From the NCBI GenBank assembly GCA_024704765.1, contig JAKMXF010000221.1, positions 372,001 through 436,000 of the forward strand: 64,000 nucleotides of DNA, in the 5' to 3' direction. The position numbers were made by a program, and so were the translations under genes. Source of the stretch: Oopsacas minuta. Its lineage: Eukaryota; Animalia; Porifera. Of this stretch, positions 12,201 through 22,021 are shown one piece after another. The stretch's first letter is position 1. Each line of letters starts with the position of its first letter. The notes under the pieces were generated by a model that did not search any database, had not been told where the DNA came from, and saw only the letters and a list, made by a program, of their open reading frames with translations.

Positions 12201-12389
12201 CAGACGAAGAGCAAGCCCACAGAAGGGGGAGTATCTTGTAACAGTTACCCGAGTGCACCCACCCTTACGTCACAGAGGTCCCGTGTGCTAACAACGAGCA
12301 GAGAGGGAGAGACTGTTAAACCAGCAAAAGCTGAACACAAGAGTAAGACACCAACTCCCAGTCAGGCTAGATTACAACACATTACTTAA
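9219..12389 (+). CDS. FAM184A: FAM184-like long coiled-coil protein, intronless, 1056 aa
   Basis: N-terminal KKIAQLTKVIYTL and C-terminal FYKLELINREQSYNKLF are the two conserved FAM184 blocks; heptad-rich sequence lies between. Confidence 0.85.
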   Translation: MSRSDLSNGLLTGLPPDLQTKLLKKIAQLTKVIYTLHTKSEDQDQITDALRIKYEEDLTKSSQEYEIRVEQFHTKYLREIEKYRGQLKQADIKLKEMNESLKSVENKSETQKSYYINELSLLDKKYTNELDKLLDSVTKNNSRAASVKEIEDQNRERVKLLEEAHQTEIDRIVSKFVDENKLLRKEIDSLQSEQAIENRERESLIETHREQMERLVSEQDKALTDAREEAQSTVDHLLEDMKEKYVKERGVLHSQISSMQSKISSIEQDNQNLNIRSGQLEDKLHGASTESEELQNEFRKLSQEKISIEEELNLKNRELVALMKRYETVQTLETDRITKIGELEIKLSALGSTMSALESERDALFTSLSEARKDSEKHLNRFKQNDRATEGRIKCLEQECGKLKQQITVQDEEMESERGKSRLTLEQQKVLLENKMEEEHKRAMKNAEKNTQAALIQLHQDLTNTHQFEVEKLSSEKDENIRSLEESVEALVRAVNDKTREIDSLTVRLKEGESGAVNAAEQVGALQNKLKQVSLEMRDKHDTEIQLNIDKIALERMCEEIQLEARKREQELIANSKTETNTYISELNQKWESKNEEELTNLENILRQAHTTELSRYKLEFEEKLRLELDRVESEWGDRDNQREQELVRIERDLLAAQEEKHKLQAAVDEKERMLLCEKKEREQNSSISKEEVERIKEQYSTEVEAVKQAMSMRSAAEMSDLRSQYEKELAGVRAGHNASVNALKDSLNREKLGVLREIETRHRTEIEAIRSNNLQSIEQIQRSNEEEKKNKLSKLEAEFKLVLEEKDGSVSELKRELREMSNQIITQDSSSLEYKEDISRLHNAIRDMGVSLEQKESELLAARRNSSQQLKQRDLEIRTIHQKDVKILEERYQIRAKQLAGDFTLIRRGLEGKIEELNEELEQADKRYFSREPRSEDLILISELQRSVNLREAELDKMREEMKFYKLELINREQSYNKLFGTKPKIGLVTTAGQTKSKPTEGGVSCNSYPSAPTLTSQRSRVLTTSREGETVKPAKAEHKSKTPTPSQARLQHIT

Positions 12390-12477
12390 CGAGTAATACT
12401 ATTTGTTTGTAATAATCACTTCTCCATCATGAAATGTATTTCTAACTAGCACACTTATTAAATTACAAATATAATTA

Positions 12478-13384
12478 CTACCTAGTTACAAACTTACCGA
12501 TTAGGAATGCTGCAATCAGCTTGTGGTTGTAATTAAGTGGATTATAACTCGGAAATTCTTCAAGAGAGAATGCTAGCACGGCTAGAGATACGGTAGTGAG
12601 TGCTATTGGAAGCCAGGGAATCTTCTTGTTAAGGAGTCCAGGCTTGTTACCTATACATTATAATGAATAAATCAAATATTACCATTGTATAATTCCCTAA
12701 AATATACCTTTCTTAGTTATCTTTGATTTAGTGCCATTCTTTCCAGTTGTAATAGCCTAATTGAATTAAATATGTAAATTATGATAATAAGTGAGAATTG
12801 GAGCTAACCTCTGTCTCTATAGAATCCTCGTTAATATTTATAAATACCGGAACATCTTTCTTTCCGATGCAAGCCTGATTAGAGAATATCTTCATTAGGA
12901 AATTGTCTGCATACCCAGTTATATTCTCTTCAATTGAACGCCGTATTATAGCACTATACAGCATGCAATAACAGAGTAATCTAGTACAGATAATGAATTA
13001 CTCACATTTCAACACAGAAATGAGGTTTCACAGATCCCTCAGCATTCCTTACAGTGTACTTCCTAGGAGCTGTCGTGTATACTATAGAACAATTATATAA
13101 TAGTGATGTCATAGAAATTATATTATTATCAATTCTGTACATTTATAATGAATCTCAAAGTCAAACGGATTGTAGAGAGTTAGATTCTTCTCGCACTGCT
13201 CCCGATTAAACACTAGCTTGTCAGAAGAGAGAATAACTGGTATCAGTCCGCCCTTCAATGAGCCATTAGCTGAGGGAGCTTCTCGTCCCTGGTGCCTTGC
13301 CTTTCTATGTTCTACTACGTAGCTAGGTCCAGTATTTGAGCGTGTGGATCTAACTGAATGTAAGCTCTCATCTGGAGAGTCCAT
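12478..13384 (-). CDS. MOSPD1: Motile sperm domain-containing protein (MOSPD1/3-like), about 5 exons; 3' end approximate
   Basis: LTLYNPFDFEIHYK|LYTTAPRKYTVRNAEGSVKPHFCVEI, followed by TM segments ending NHKLIAAFLIG, matching MOSPD1 LTLYNPYEF...NQKLVAAYILG. Confidence 0.8.
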
Positions 13385-13534
13385 TCAGACAAATATCTGC
13401 TATAGTAAATGACATTGTATTTTGTTAAGAAGAAGTTTATCTTATTTCAAAATGATTCCATTAACCAAAGAACACAGCCAAAATATGATACTAAAAATAA
13501 GATACACTATTAATATTCCTTAAAAATTCTATAA

Positions 13535-14893
13535 TTATTGAGTCTCATCCTTCCGTTCAGCAGGAGTAGGTTCAGCACTAGGGGGTATCTCTTCAGGGGT
13601 AGCCTTGTCAGGAGGGGGTATCTCTTCAGGGGTAGCCTTGTCAAGAGGAGGTGTCTCTTCAGGTGTAGCCTTGTCAGGAGGGGGTATCTCTTCAGGGGTA
13701 GCCTTGTCAGGAGGGGGTGTCTCTTCAGGGGGTGTCTCTTCAGGGGTAGCCTTGTCAAGAGGAGGTGTCTCTTCAGGTGTAGCCTTGTCAGGAGGGGGTA
13801 TCTCTTCAGGGGTAGCCTTGTCAGGAGGAGGTGCCTCTTCAGGGGTAGCCTTGTCAGGATGGGGTGCTTCTACCGGAGCAGGATTAACTACACCTGTTCC
13901 AGAGAGGAGAGGAGTAGCCCCTTTTTGAGTAGGAATAAATCTCTGTAGAATCTCCTGAAGCTGTCTCATCAACATATCCTCTTCTTCAATGGTAGAGTGA
14001 GTACCAGTAGATAGGTGTTCGGGTATTACTACTCTGTCCTGGAAAAATCTTCCGCTGGGGAACTCTCTGATCCTTGGAGTAACACACAGCCAGTGAGCCG
14101 TGTCAGCTCCCTGTTGTGGAGTACGCAGTTTGTTACGCATCCACCAATGAAATGTAGGCAAACCTTTTTGCACTATAGTAGTATCAGCCCAGCCCGGATG
14201 CATTGTACTGAAATGAATGGATTCGTACATTTGTGACCAGTAACGCATGATAACAAGTTGCTGCCGTTTGTTCTGTGCATACACGAACACACTATCGAAC
14301 TTCCCTTTGGTTGAGTTAAGATCATTGGGTATCATCTTCATAGTGTACATTCCAGCAGAGCATACGGTAACTACTCTAGGGTCTATTGATCTCTCCAGAA
14401 TAGGAACAAATAATGTGGTCATTATATAGACTGCTAGCGTGTTCGTTGCAAAGTTAATTTCGAAATTTTCATCAGTCATAGTTCGTGTGTTCACGCAACA
14501 ACCAGCATTATTAACTAACACATCAAGAGGGGTACCAGTCCCAATGAACTCGGAGCAGAAGCGTAGCACATCCCTGGTTCTAGACAGGTCACACACGTAC
14601 AGGAATACATTCTCATTTCCGGTTTCCTTCTTAATCTTTTCCCTAGCATCTACACCTCTCTGCTCGTTACGACACACCATATGTACTGTACCACCAGATC
14701 TAGCTATGTTTAGAGCTACACAGTATCCGATACCACTGTTTGAACCTGTTATCATATAGCCTCTCCCTGTCAAGTCTCCTCCAAGGTCTCCTTCTATGAA
14801 AGCACGACTCGCTTTCTCGTAACCTCCCCTAGTATACTCCTTTGTACCCTTATGAAACCAAGAAGCGTTTCTGAAAAATGACTGTGACATCAC
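13535..14893 (-). CDS. DHRS12: Short-chain dehydrogenase/reductase DHRS12-like with a Pro/Glu-rich repeat tail
   Basis: TGSNSGIG, NNAG, YAQNK catalytic YxxxK, MHPGWADT, LRTPQQGADT; about 130 aa C-terminal extension. Confidence 0.92.
   Translation of the reverse strand: MMSQSFFRNASWFHKGTKEYTRGGYEKASRAFIEGDLGGDLTGRGYMITGSNSGIGYCVALNIARSGGTVHMVCRNEQRGVDAREKIKKETGNENVFLYVCDLSRTRDVLRFCSEFIGTGTPLDVLVNNAGCCVNTRTMTDENFEINFATNTLAVYIMTTLFVPILERSIDPRVVTVCSAGMYTMKMIPNDLNSTKGKFDSVFVYAQNKRQQLVIMRYWSQMYESIHFSTMHPGWADTTIVQKGLPTFHWWMRNKLRTPQQGADTAHWLCVTPRIREFPSGRFFQDRVVIPEHLSTGTHSTIEEEDMLMRQLQEILQRFIPTQKGATPLLSGTGVVNPAPVEAPHPDKATPEEAPPPDKATPEEIPPPDKATPEETPPLDKATPEETPPEETPPPDKATPEEIPPPDKATPEETPPLDKATPEEIPPPDKATPEEIPPSAEPTPAERKDETQ
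13578..13870 (-). repeat. Coding minisatellite, 33-bp unit (about 8 copies plus a 15-bp partial), encoding DKATPEE[A/I/T]PP[P/L/S]
   Basis: Unit GGAGGGGGTATCTCTTCAGGGGTAGCCTTGTCA with variants is directly visible in the sequence. Confidence 0.95.
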
Positions 14894-15003
14894 TACAATA
14901 TATATGTTAATATTATTAACACCTATCAGTTGATAAACCCATACAAATCATAAAAATATAGACATCTGATACAACCACTAAAAACACCTATAACGTTATA
15001 ACA

Positions 15004-17383
15004 CTAAGAGAATATCTTAATTCTGTCAGTGATACAAGCTCTACATAACGGACATACATACAGCTCCTTAGCACACGTCTCACATATCTGATGATGTCTA
15101 CAGGGCATCAATACAATAGCCTTCTCTTCAGTAGCACATACGATACACAGTCTCTGGTCATCTAGTACTCTCATTTCTTCTTGAAGAAGATTTGTGAGTT
15201 CTTTAACTCGTACCTCACTAACTGAGGATACAGGACCCTCTCTATTGCAGATTAGCTCGTAGAGAGCATTACTCCTCTCCGCGAGCATTTTTCTCAATCG
15301 TAATATCTTCTGTTTTTCAACCTCCTCGCCCCTAGCGTGACTAGCCCTGACTTCCTCAAGATTAGATCGTAGCTCATCAATTAGGTCTTGTTTGTGTGAT
15401 AGGTCACTCCGTGTATCAATCAATTCATCTTTCAGCTTACTTAACTCCTTGCTAGCTGCTGTATCCGCTTCTCTCATCTTGTCATCATAGGACTGTATAA
15501 GGGCAGCTTGTTTGTTAAAGAAGTTATCCTCTCCATCCTGTAGCTTCTGCTCCAGTATAGTAACCTCGTGCTGTAGACTCTGATACTGAGTAAGCATTGT
15601 CCCTTCTCTCTGTACCATCTGATTCTTCAAATACTCTAAACTCTCACTCAGAGCTTGTATTCGTTCTTCCTTCTCCTTTGTAAGGAGGGTGTCTGGCAGT
15701 ATGTGTATGCTCTGACAGAAAGGAGGGACCGTATGACAAACTTGAGACATGAGATCTCCCAGAATAGAAGCGTACCCGAAAGTTACGCCAGAAACCATCA
15801 TTTGATTGGTAGGGAAACTCACTATAGAGACAAATTTAACAACAGAGCTTATAGAGTAATTAAACTAACTTACTAGCATCCTGCTTGAGTGTAAAGAAAA
15901 TAGAATTAGCTAGGAATCCGTGAGGAAAGAAGGGATGAGCTGTAGCACTATTTACACAGAACTTAGAACAAATAGTATCACGGTTAAGCATCCATAATGG
16001 TATCTGTATGAACTTCTCTACTGTTATATGTATCTTATCAACTCTTTGTAAAGTAATAATCACACACCCGATGGAAATACTGGGATATACTGTTCTCACA
16101 ATTTGTACGGCATGTCTGAGAATATTCATCTCATCTTCTGATAAGCTGTCAACAGAGACTATATCATCAAATAGCTTCATACCCGGGTTAATATTTGTCT
16201 TAAGGTACTGTTCACGGGATAGGAACATACCAGACCGCATCAGGAGATCTACCAACATGTTATTACACACTATTATATTCTGTCCTATTTCCGTCTTTAT
16301 GTCAGAGAGAGAACTTCCTGATGAACTGAGGGGGTATGCTTCCTCCCCGTACCGCTTAAAGAACTCCATAGCTAGAGATTTAGCCGTCTGTCTATTGTCA
16401 AAATAAAACCCTGCATGTCTTGTGTCACAACTATTGTCTCCCTTCTCCACTAATAGTCCCAAATACACGGGAATCAATTCCGGACGTGACTCCAGGGCTC
16501 TTGCCCACATAGCGGACAAAGTGTGATCCAGTTCTGACTGTTGTAGCACAGATCTCCTGTCTCTGTCTAGTCTAAGTATATGCAAATTAACGCCAGCTAG
16601 CATTCCTCCAGCTGCCTTAGACATGTCTGACACCCAAATCTGTCTAACATACAATTGCCCTGAGAACCTGGGAGCTAGCAATAACCAACCAGATTCACTC
16701 TTAACAAAATCTTCCTGAAGTAATGTTTCTAAGAATAGGAATCTCTGAGAGAACTTCCTCCACTCGCTCAGTAGGATGGGATACAAGGTCAGACAAGTAT
16801 CAGTAGGGGACAATTGGAGAGTAGAGGTGTCAACATCTACCTCTCCTTCTGCATTCCTCTTACTAACTTGTATAGTAAGTACCTGCTCTTCAAATACAGG
16901 GTCACGTTCCATACAGAAGCCCCATTTATCACTTTGTGTCTGCATAACTAGTTGTCTCCCCTCGCGAACCAACGCCAGAGCTCCTACCTTAAGTCCCTCC
17001 CCAAACTGACCGATAACTTCTTTTCTTTCTGACTTAGCAGAGTATCCAAGTAGCAGAACCTTACGAGCTAACTCTGTATAACTGTTGATAAGATGAATAG
17101 AGTTATTCAGTTTATCTACTTCTATTCTACCCAATTGTATTTCCTCCGTCTCCCCGTAGTAGCGAGCATAAGCACTGTATACCTCAAGGACCTGAGATTC
17201 ATTTCGAGAGAGTAACGGACCTTCTAACGATTTGTTTTGTGGTACAGAATTGGATATGTGATCTATTGTAGAAAGGAGACCGTCATACCAATTCTGTACT
17301 ATCTCTCTAAGTCCTTCCCATATCTTCCAAGACTTAGCATAATCTTGCGTGAGAGAGAGACGGATGGTATGCTCACTCATCAA
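15004..17383 (-). CDS. GHKL (HATPase_c-like) ATPase + coiled coil + C-terminal RING finger, 775 aa; exons 17383-15874 and 15821-15004
   Basis: N-box GLREIVQNWYDG, LLLGYSAK lid, G2 box GQFGEGLKVG, LYV..LDRDR region. A 52-bp intron (GTAAGT...CTCTATAG, phase 1) joins the two listed ORFs in frame. RING: CIVC..LMPCRH..CETC..CPLCR. Confidence 0.8.
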
Positions 17384-17642
17384 TCTACATATAGAGGAGT
17401 TTGACTGTTAGGAAGTTGTATTCGCATGAATTCCCCTTGCTAATTCGCAAAGATAGAGAATAATGACATTACGTACAGTATTCATCCCCGACACATAGAT
17501 ACGTATTGAATGTGAAACTTTAATAATTCAAATTCCATTTGTAAGAAACTAAAGCTAAAATTAAGATAATAGTAAGTGTTGCATAAAGTAGAAACGATGC
17601 TCGGCTAGAAATTAAGGAATTACACTAACTACGTATTTGTAA

Positions 17643-18407
17643 TTATATACTAGTTCTCTGCCATGGATAGGTGATGGGTGCGTCACTACCCTTTTTGATC
17701 CACATTGGTTTAGATGCGTTTGTTGTTACATTTTCACACATAATTTGCTCTGCATTTTCACTTCTCCATTTGTTAACAAAATCTTCATTATACAATACTT
17801 TAGCTATTCCAAGTTCTCTACAACAGGAAGTGAGAGCTTCTCTCTTAGCAAATTCAAAAGCATAAACTAATCCACTCTTATAACCACTCGGAGTATACCA
17901 AGGACCATCTCCAATAGCCATCATCATGAATCTCCCCGAGATATACAAACCGAATTCTCGACTAACAATTCTTGAACCATCAGGGTTTTGTATGAATGAA
18001 GGCTCAGAGATTGGAATAATATTCCAACCGCCTATGCCAAATGTTTTGTTAAGCAAGTCTGGATAGTAGCTAGATGGTACATATAAACTTCCATCCACCC
18101 GCTTAATTCTAATATCAACAGGTTCAGGGGGAGTATGGAGTAAGGAAACTATCTTATCACTCAGAGGTTCCTTACAAATACCAATAAACGGGTCATTGGG
18201 CGTAGGTGTAGCTTGATAATATTTCCTCAAATCTTCAAGTGAAGAATCATTCGGCCTTCTACTACGAGGGGGTGACCAGTTTGAAAAATTTTCTCCTTCA
18301 GAGACCGCTTGATTGGAAGGATCATAATAGTTTCTGTGTCTTGTAGCGGCCGTAGCTTGTAAGCGAGGGGATGCTATTAGCAATTTTCTTATGGTACTAC
18401 ACAACAT
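17643..18407 (-). CDS. MGM101: Mgm101-like mitochondrial genome maintenance protein (Rad52-family single-strand annealing protein), intronless
   Basis: DIRIKRVDGSLYVP..LLNKTFGIGGW, VSREFGL, KREALTSCCRELGIAKVLYNEDFVNKWR, ENVTT..K.MW.KK...YPW parallel yeast Mgm101 motifs. N-terminus is basic and free of acidic residues, like a presequence. Confidence 0.85.
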   Translation of the reverse strand: MLCSTIRKLLIASPRLQATAATRHRNYYDPSNQAVSEGENFSNWSPPRSRRPNDSSLEDLRKYYQATPTPNDPFIGICKEPLSDKIVSLLHTPPEPVDIRIKRVDGSLYVPSSYYPDLLNKTFGIGGWNIIPISEPSFIQNPDGSRIVSREFGLYISGRFMMMAIGDGPWYTPSGYKSGLVYAFEFAKREALTSCCRELGIAKVLYNEDFVNKWRSENAEQIMCENVTTNASKPMWIKKGSDAPITYPWQRTSI

Positions 18408-19657
18408 GTTAAGTGATACGACAGTGCTACTATTATATCTAGTATATGATTGATAAATGATGTTAACTTAATATCTCAATAAATACAGGGAGGGTTAAAG
18501 AAATAACCTCCACGGTAAAGCTACAATTCTAAATCCCAAACACAAACATTCCAGCAACATCAAAGTTAAAGATCATAAAGTGATCAATACCATGCGCAAA
18601 GCATTGAAATGTAATTGAAAGTATTTCCGTAATACATCCACCAATTAGTTAAGAACTCATTTATTATTCAAAAGAAATTATTTCCTAAGCAAATCTGCAG
18701 AAATAAACAGAATAAGTGGTTTGTCAATAATGAGTATTTGAGTAATAAATAAAAGGTAATAGGAATAGAGAAATTGATTACTTTAAATATGCCCGAATTT
18801 GCCGAATACTCTTGTTGACAGCTTGTCAATGAATATAACATAATACATTCAAGTTAAACAAGTTATCAAAATGGAATTGTTAATCCCTAAAGTTTTATGG
18901 AGAAGTAAATTATATTTATGAATTTTGATACTTAAGGATCTGAGAACTGCATTCTATGTAGCAGATAGAAATTAGGGAACTACGGGAGCTAATATCTCCT
19001 CGAAATTAAGGAACTATCCTCAAAAAGTCAATAAAACATTTTCGTGAGAGATGTAAGATGCGATTTAATACAAATCCACCACCAGTTGTGGTGTACTAGT
19101 AATTATTAAATAGGAGAGCGTATTTGCTAATTAATTCCTTTATTCTAGTGGAATATTATGAACAGAAATGGTCATATCCTAAGATGATGTTAATATATTT
19201 ACAGCTGTATTAGAAAAAGGCTACGTTATCTGTCATTGAGAATGAATTGATTAAATCATAAATCCCAATATTACAACCATAATTATGAATAGAAAGTAAA
19301 CTGAAAAATAAATTCAAACAAAGAGATTAAATTCTAACGATAAAGATGATTAATTAGAGAATTGTTAAGTGGACAAATTCTAGATAAATTGGTAGAGATT
19401 ATAGCAAACAGAGTTTAAATAGCTCAGGTCAGATATGAGATTCTTCGAAGAAATGGAAAATAAATGACTTCAGTTTGAAAGAACTGGTATAGCTGGAAGC
19501 TATACTATTCTATCAATCAGAAATTCTCAAAATATTGCACGAGCTTAAATATAATAATGTTAGGTGTAGAATTACTTTGAAGGCAAATTTATAATGTTAA
19601 AGAGTATAAATAGATAGTTGAATCGAAGAATATAGAATAACTAGTCTCCTAGCTAAA

Positions 19658-20206
19658 ATGATCTCTCTTATTTCCTCCTTACGAATTGGTCAAAGAAAAA
19701 ATTCAACAATAAATGGGTCGATGACAGACTTAATGAACCCGAAAAAAAGTATATTTTTCACGCCTACGCGCGCTTCAAATAATACTAAAGGACCGAAATG
19801 GTGTATGAGACATAATTTAGTCTGTCTGAACACAATCCCAGCCCCTTCATTCCAAAACTCAATGATTTGTGAAGATTACGTAGTTGTAAAGTCAAGTACT
19901 GATAGATATAAGGATCTATTCATTGACCCGTTACCTGAAGTACCCAGCTATATAGCAGCTCCACCCCCACTGAAATCTCTACCCATCTCTAAATCTATGT
20001 CAGATATTATGAGTTCTAGCGGACAGAAAATTTATAAATCAAGTCCACTATCAGAAATGTCTTTCGCTTCAAAAATCCTTCCAAAGGATGATGAAATAGT
20101 TGAAGGAGATTCAGATAGCTCCGAAGAAATAGACCCCAGGATATATAACAATCCTCCTCCTCCCTTAAAATTACATAAGAACCTCCCTGTTATGCAAGTT
20201 CACTAG
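19658..20206 (+). CDS. Unknown 182-aa Ser/Pro-rich protein (possible orphan)
   Basis: Uninterrupted ATG ORF in AT-rich context, preceded by CTAG; no domain recognised. Confidence 0.5.
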   Translation: MISLISSLRIGQRKNSTINGSMTDLMNPKKSIFFTPTRASNNTKGPKWCMRHNLVCLNTIPAPSFQNSMICEDYVVVKSSTDRYKDLFIDPLPEVPSYIAAPPPLKSLPISKSMSDIMSSSGQKIYKSSPLSEMSFASKILPKDDEIVEGDSDSSEEIDPRIYNNPPPPLKLHKNLPVMQVH

Positions 20207-20422
20207 TTTTAATTTTTATAAATATTTAATTAGAATAAACTCATGACTAACTCGTTTGGTAAATAATTTGATAGGGGAGGTGTAATGTAAGAGGAGCTCT
20301 AACATACATGGGAGATCCTAATCGCCTCGATTAGGCATGTATGAGAGAGATCAACATTTATCTTTCGTTAAAAGGTAGGAAATGCAAATAAGTAAAAAAC
20401 TAAAATTGATAGTGAATAGTGC

Positions 20423-21529
20423 CTACAAATTTTTCTTTAACAGCTTTGGTCCTGTCCCGATAGCTGTATGTATAACATACTTGATGCCGTCTTTATGTGG
20501 AGTAACCCCTAAGCTTGATACAAAGGCTGGTAAGTCAGTAGGAGATACACTATTAGATTTCCCAATAACAAATTTATCTTCATTGCTAGTTGGAAATAAA
20601 TAATGAATGATAGCTAGGACCTGTTTAACGTGTTGCTTCTGTACAAGTAGACAAGCGTTAGGTCCCGCATCAAATGTATAACCTAGCCTTACTTCACTGC
20701 ATTGCTCATTATAACGATGTACCATGTTAATAATCTTATGAGATACTTCATTGAGGTAGAATAGAGGTGGTAACGTATCCATACAAATTGCATGAAACTG
20801 GTTACTATCCATCATAGTTAGCTTAGCTAAAGACTCGAAATTTCGCTCAGAGATAGCCGTCTTTATCAGCTGAATACGCTCTGGAACAATGGACTCAGCG
20901 CGTGTATTTATTAACGGGCTAGTCTTGACAGATCGTTGCATTCCATGACTACTCGAAACTGACTTTTTTTGATCACTAACTACAAGAATAAGTACTTGTA
21001 ACTCAGGCCAATAATCCTCACTGAACACCTGATAAGCTATACTGTCCTCTCCGTTAGACAGAACACCTCGCTTCCATTCAACAAATCCTCCGTACATACT
21101 TCTACAAGCACTGCCTGAGCCTCTACGAGCTATCGCAGACAACTCACAATCTAACTGGAACAGCTGTGCTAGCGAATAAACAAGACAAGCAAACCCAGCA
21201 GCTGAGGAGGCTAGTCCAGCTGCTGTAGGGAAATTGTTAGTAGATTCTATCCACACTCTTTCATGTCTCCCACTCAGCTGCCGGAGTGTTTGGAGACAGG
21301 ACAGGTACCGGGGAGTGTCTAGAGAATGAGGGAGTCCGTTTATAGTCAGAGAGTCCTGGGAGATAGCAGTATCTGTGTATACATAGTTTGTGGTGCATAG
21401 TTCTTCTTGATCAAGTGTGATACTAAGGGAAGAGTTGAGAGGGAGTATCAAATTCTCATCTCTCTTTCCCCAGTATTTAATTAAAGCAATATTGACTGGA
21501 GCAGAGCATTCTACTTCTCTACGAGTCAT
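20423..21529 (-). CDS. MVD: Diphosphomevalonate decarboxylase, intronless
   Basis: APVNIALIKYWGKR, NNFPTAAGLASSAAG, ARRGSGSACRS, DSNQFHA, YTFDAGPNA. Confidence 0.98.
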   Translation of the reverse strand: MTRREVECSAPVNIALIKYWGKRDENLILPLNSSLSITLDQEELCTTNYVYTDTAISQDSLTINGLPHSLDTPRYLSCLQTLRQLSGRHERVWIESTNNFPTAAGLASSAAGFACLVYSLAQLFQLDCELSAIARRGSGSACRSMYGGFVEWKRGVLSNGEDSIAYQVFSEDYWPELQVLILVVSDQKKSVSSSHGMQRSVKTSPLINTRAESIVPERIQLIKTAISERNFESLAKLTMMDSNQFHAICMDTLPPLFYLNEVSHKIINMVHRYNEQCSEVRLGYTFDAGPNACLLVQKQHVKQVLAIIHYLFPTSNEDKFVIGKSNSVSPTDLPAFVSSLGVTPHKDGIKYVIHTAIGTGPKLLKKNL

Positions 21530-22021
21530 GTATTAAGCAAGATTAGTATCCTGCTATTCTTAGTAATGGTATGATGAAAGTATTACAAACTTTACTATCA
21601 ATCCGGAAATTATGGCGTAGAAAGGTGGAAGAAGGTAAAAGGAAGAAACTTTATGTAAAATAAAGAGTTTTAACACGTGAATCAATGAAAGCAAACTGAT
21701 ATTACTTAATTAGCGTTAATAATTAAACCTGACACGAATGAAGTAATATCAGTTTGGTAAATTTGGTAAATTTGTAAACAAATTTTCTCTATCGCTCGCA
21801 GTCAAAAATATTTCTAAAATATATCAACTAAGTATAAAGAGAACAGTGGTTATGTAGTAATATATGACAATAATATTCAAGATAACATGAAAATGGAAAC
21901 AGCACTACTTATTCAAATATTGTAAGTGGGAGATATGAAACACACTCTTACCAATAATACCAAGCTAAAATCACAAATACTTATACTCCATAGTCCCTAG
22001 TTACAGTAATCACTAATAAAC

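Noticed and set aside
13578-13870. Regularly spaced repeats as a CRISPR array
   Set aside because: Units are head-to-tail with no unique spacers, are in frame within DHRS12, and the context is eukaryotic.
13510-13948. Extra ORFs 13510-13758, 13538-13948 and 13605-13928
   Set aside because: Alternative-frame or antisense read-outs of the stop-free minisatellite.
15004-18407. Bacterial contamination or prophage as the source of the GHKL and Mgm101 genes
   Set aside because: The GHKL gene has a spliceosomal intron and a eukaryotic RING, Mgm101 has a presequence-like N-terminus, and both match the base composition of flanking animal genes.
18408-19657. Long AT-rich spacer as a hidden gene or pseudogene
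   Set aside because: Only short interrupted frames (for example EIRELRELISPRN*) with no recognisable family; cannot be supported without a search.
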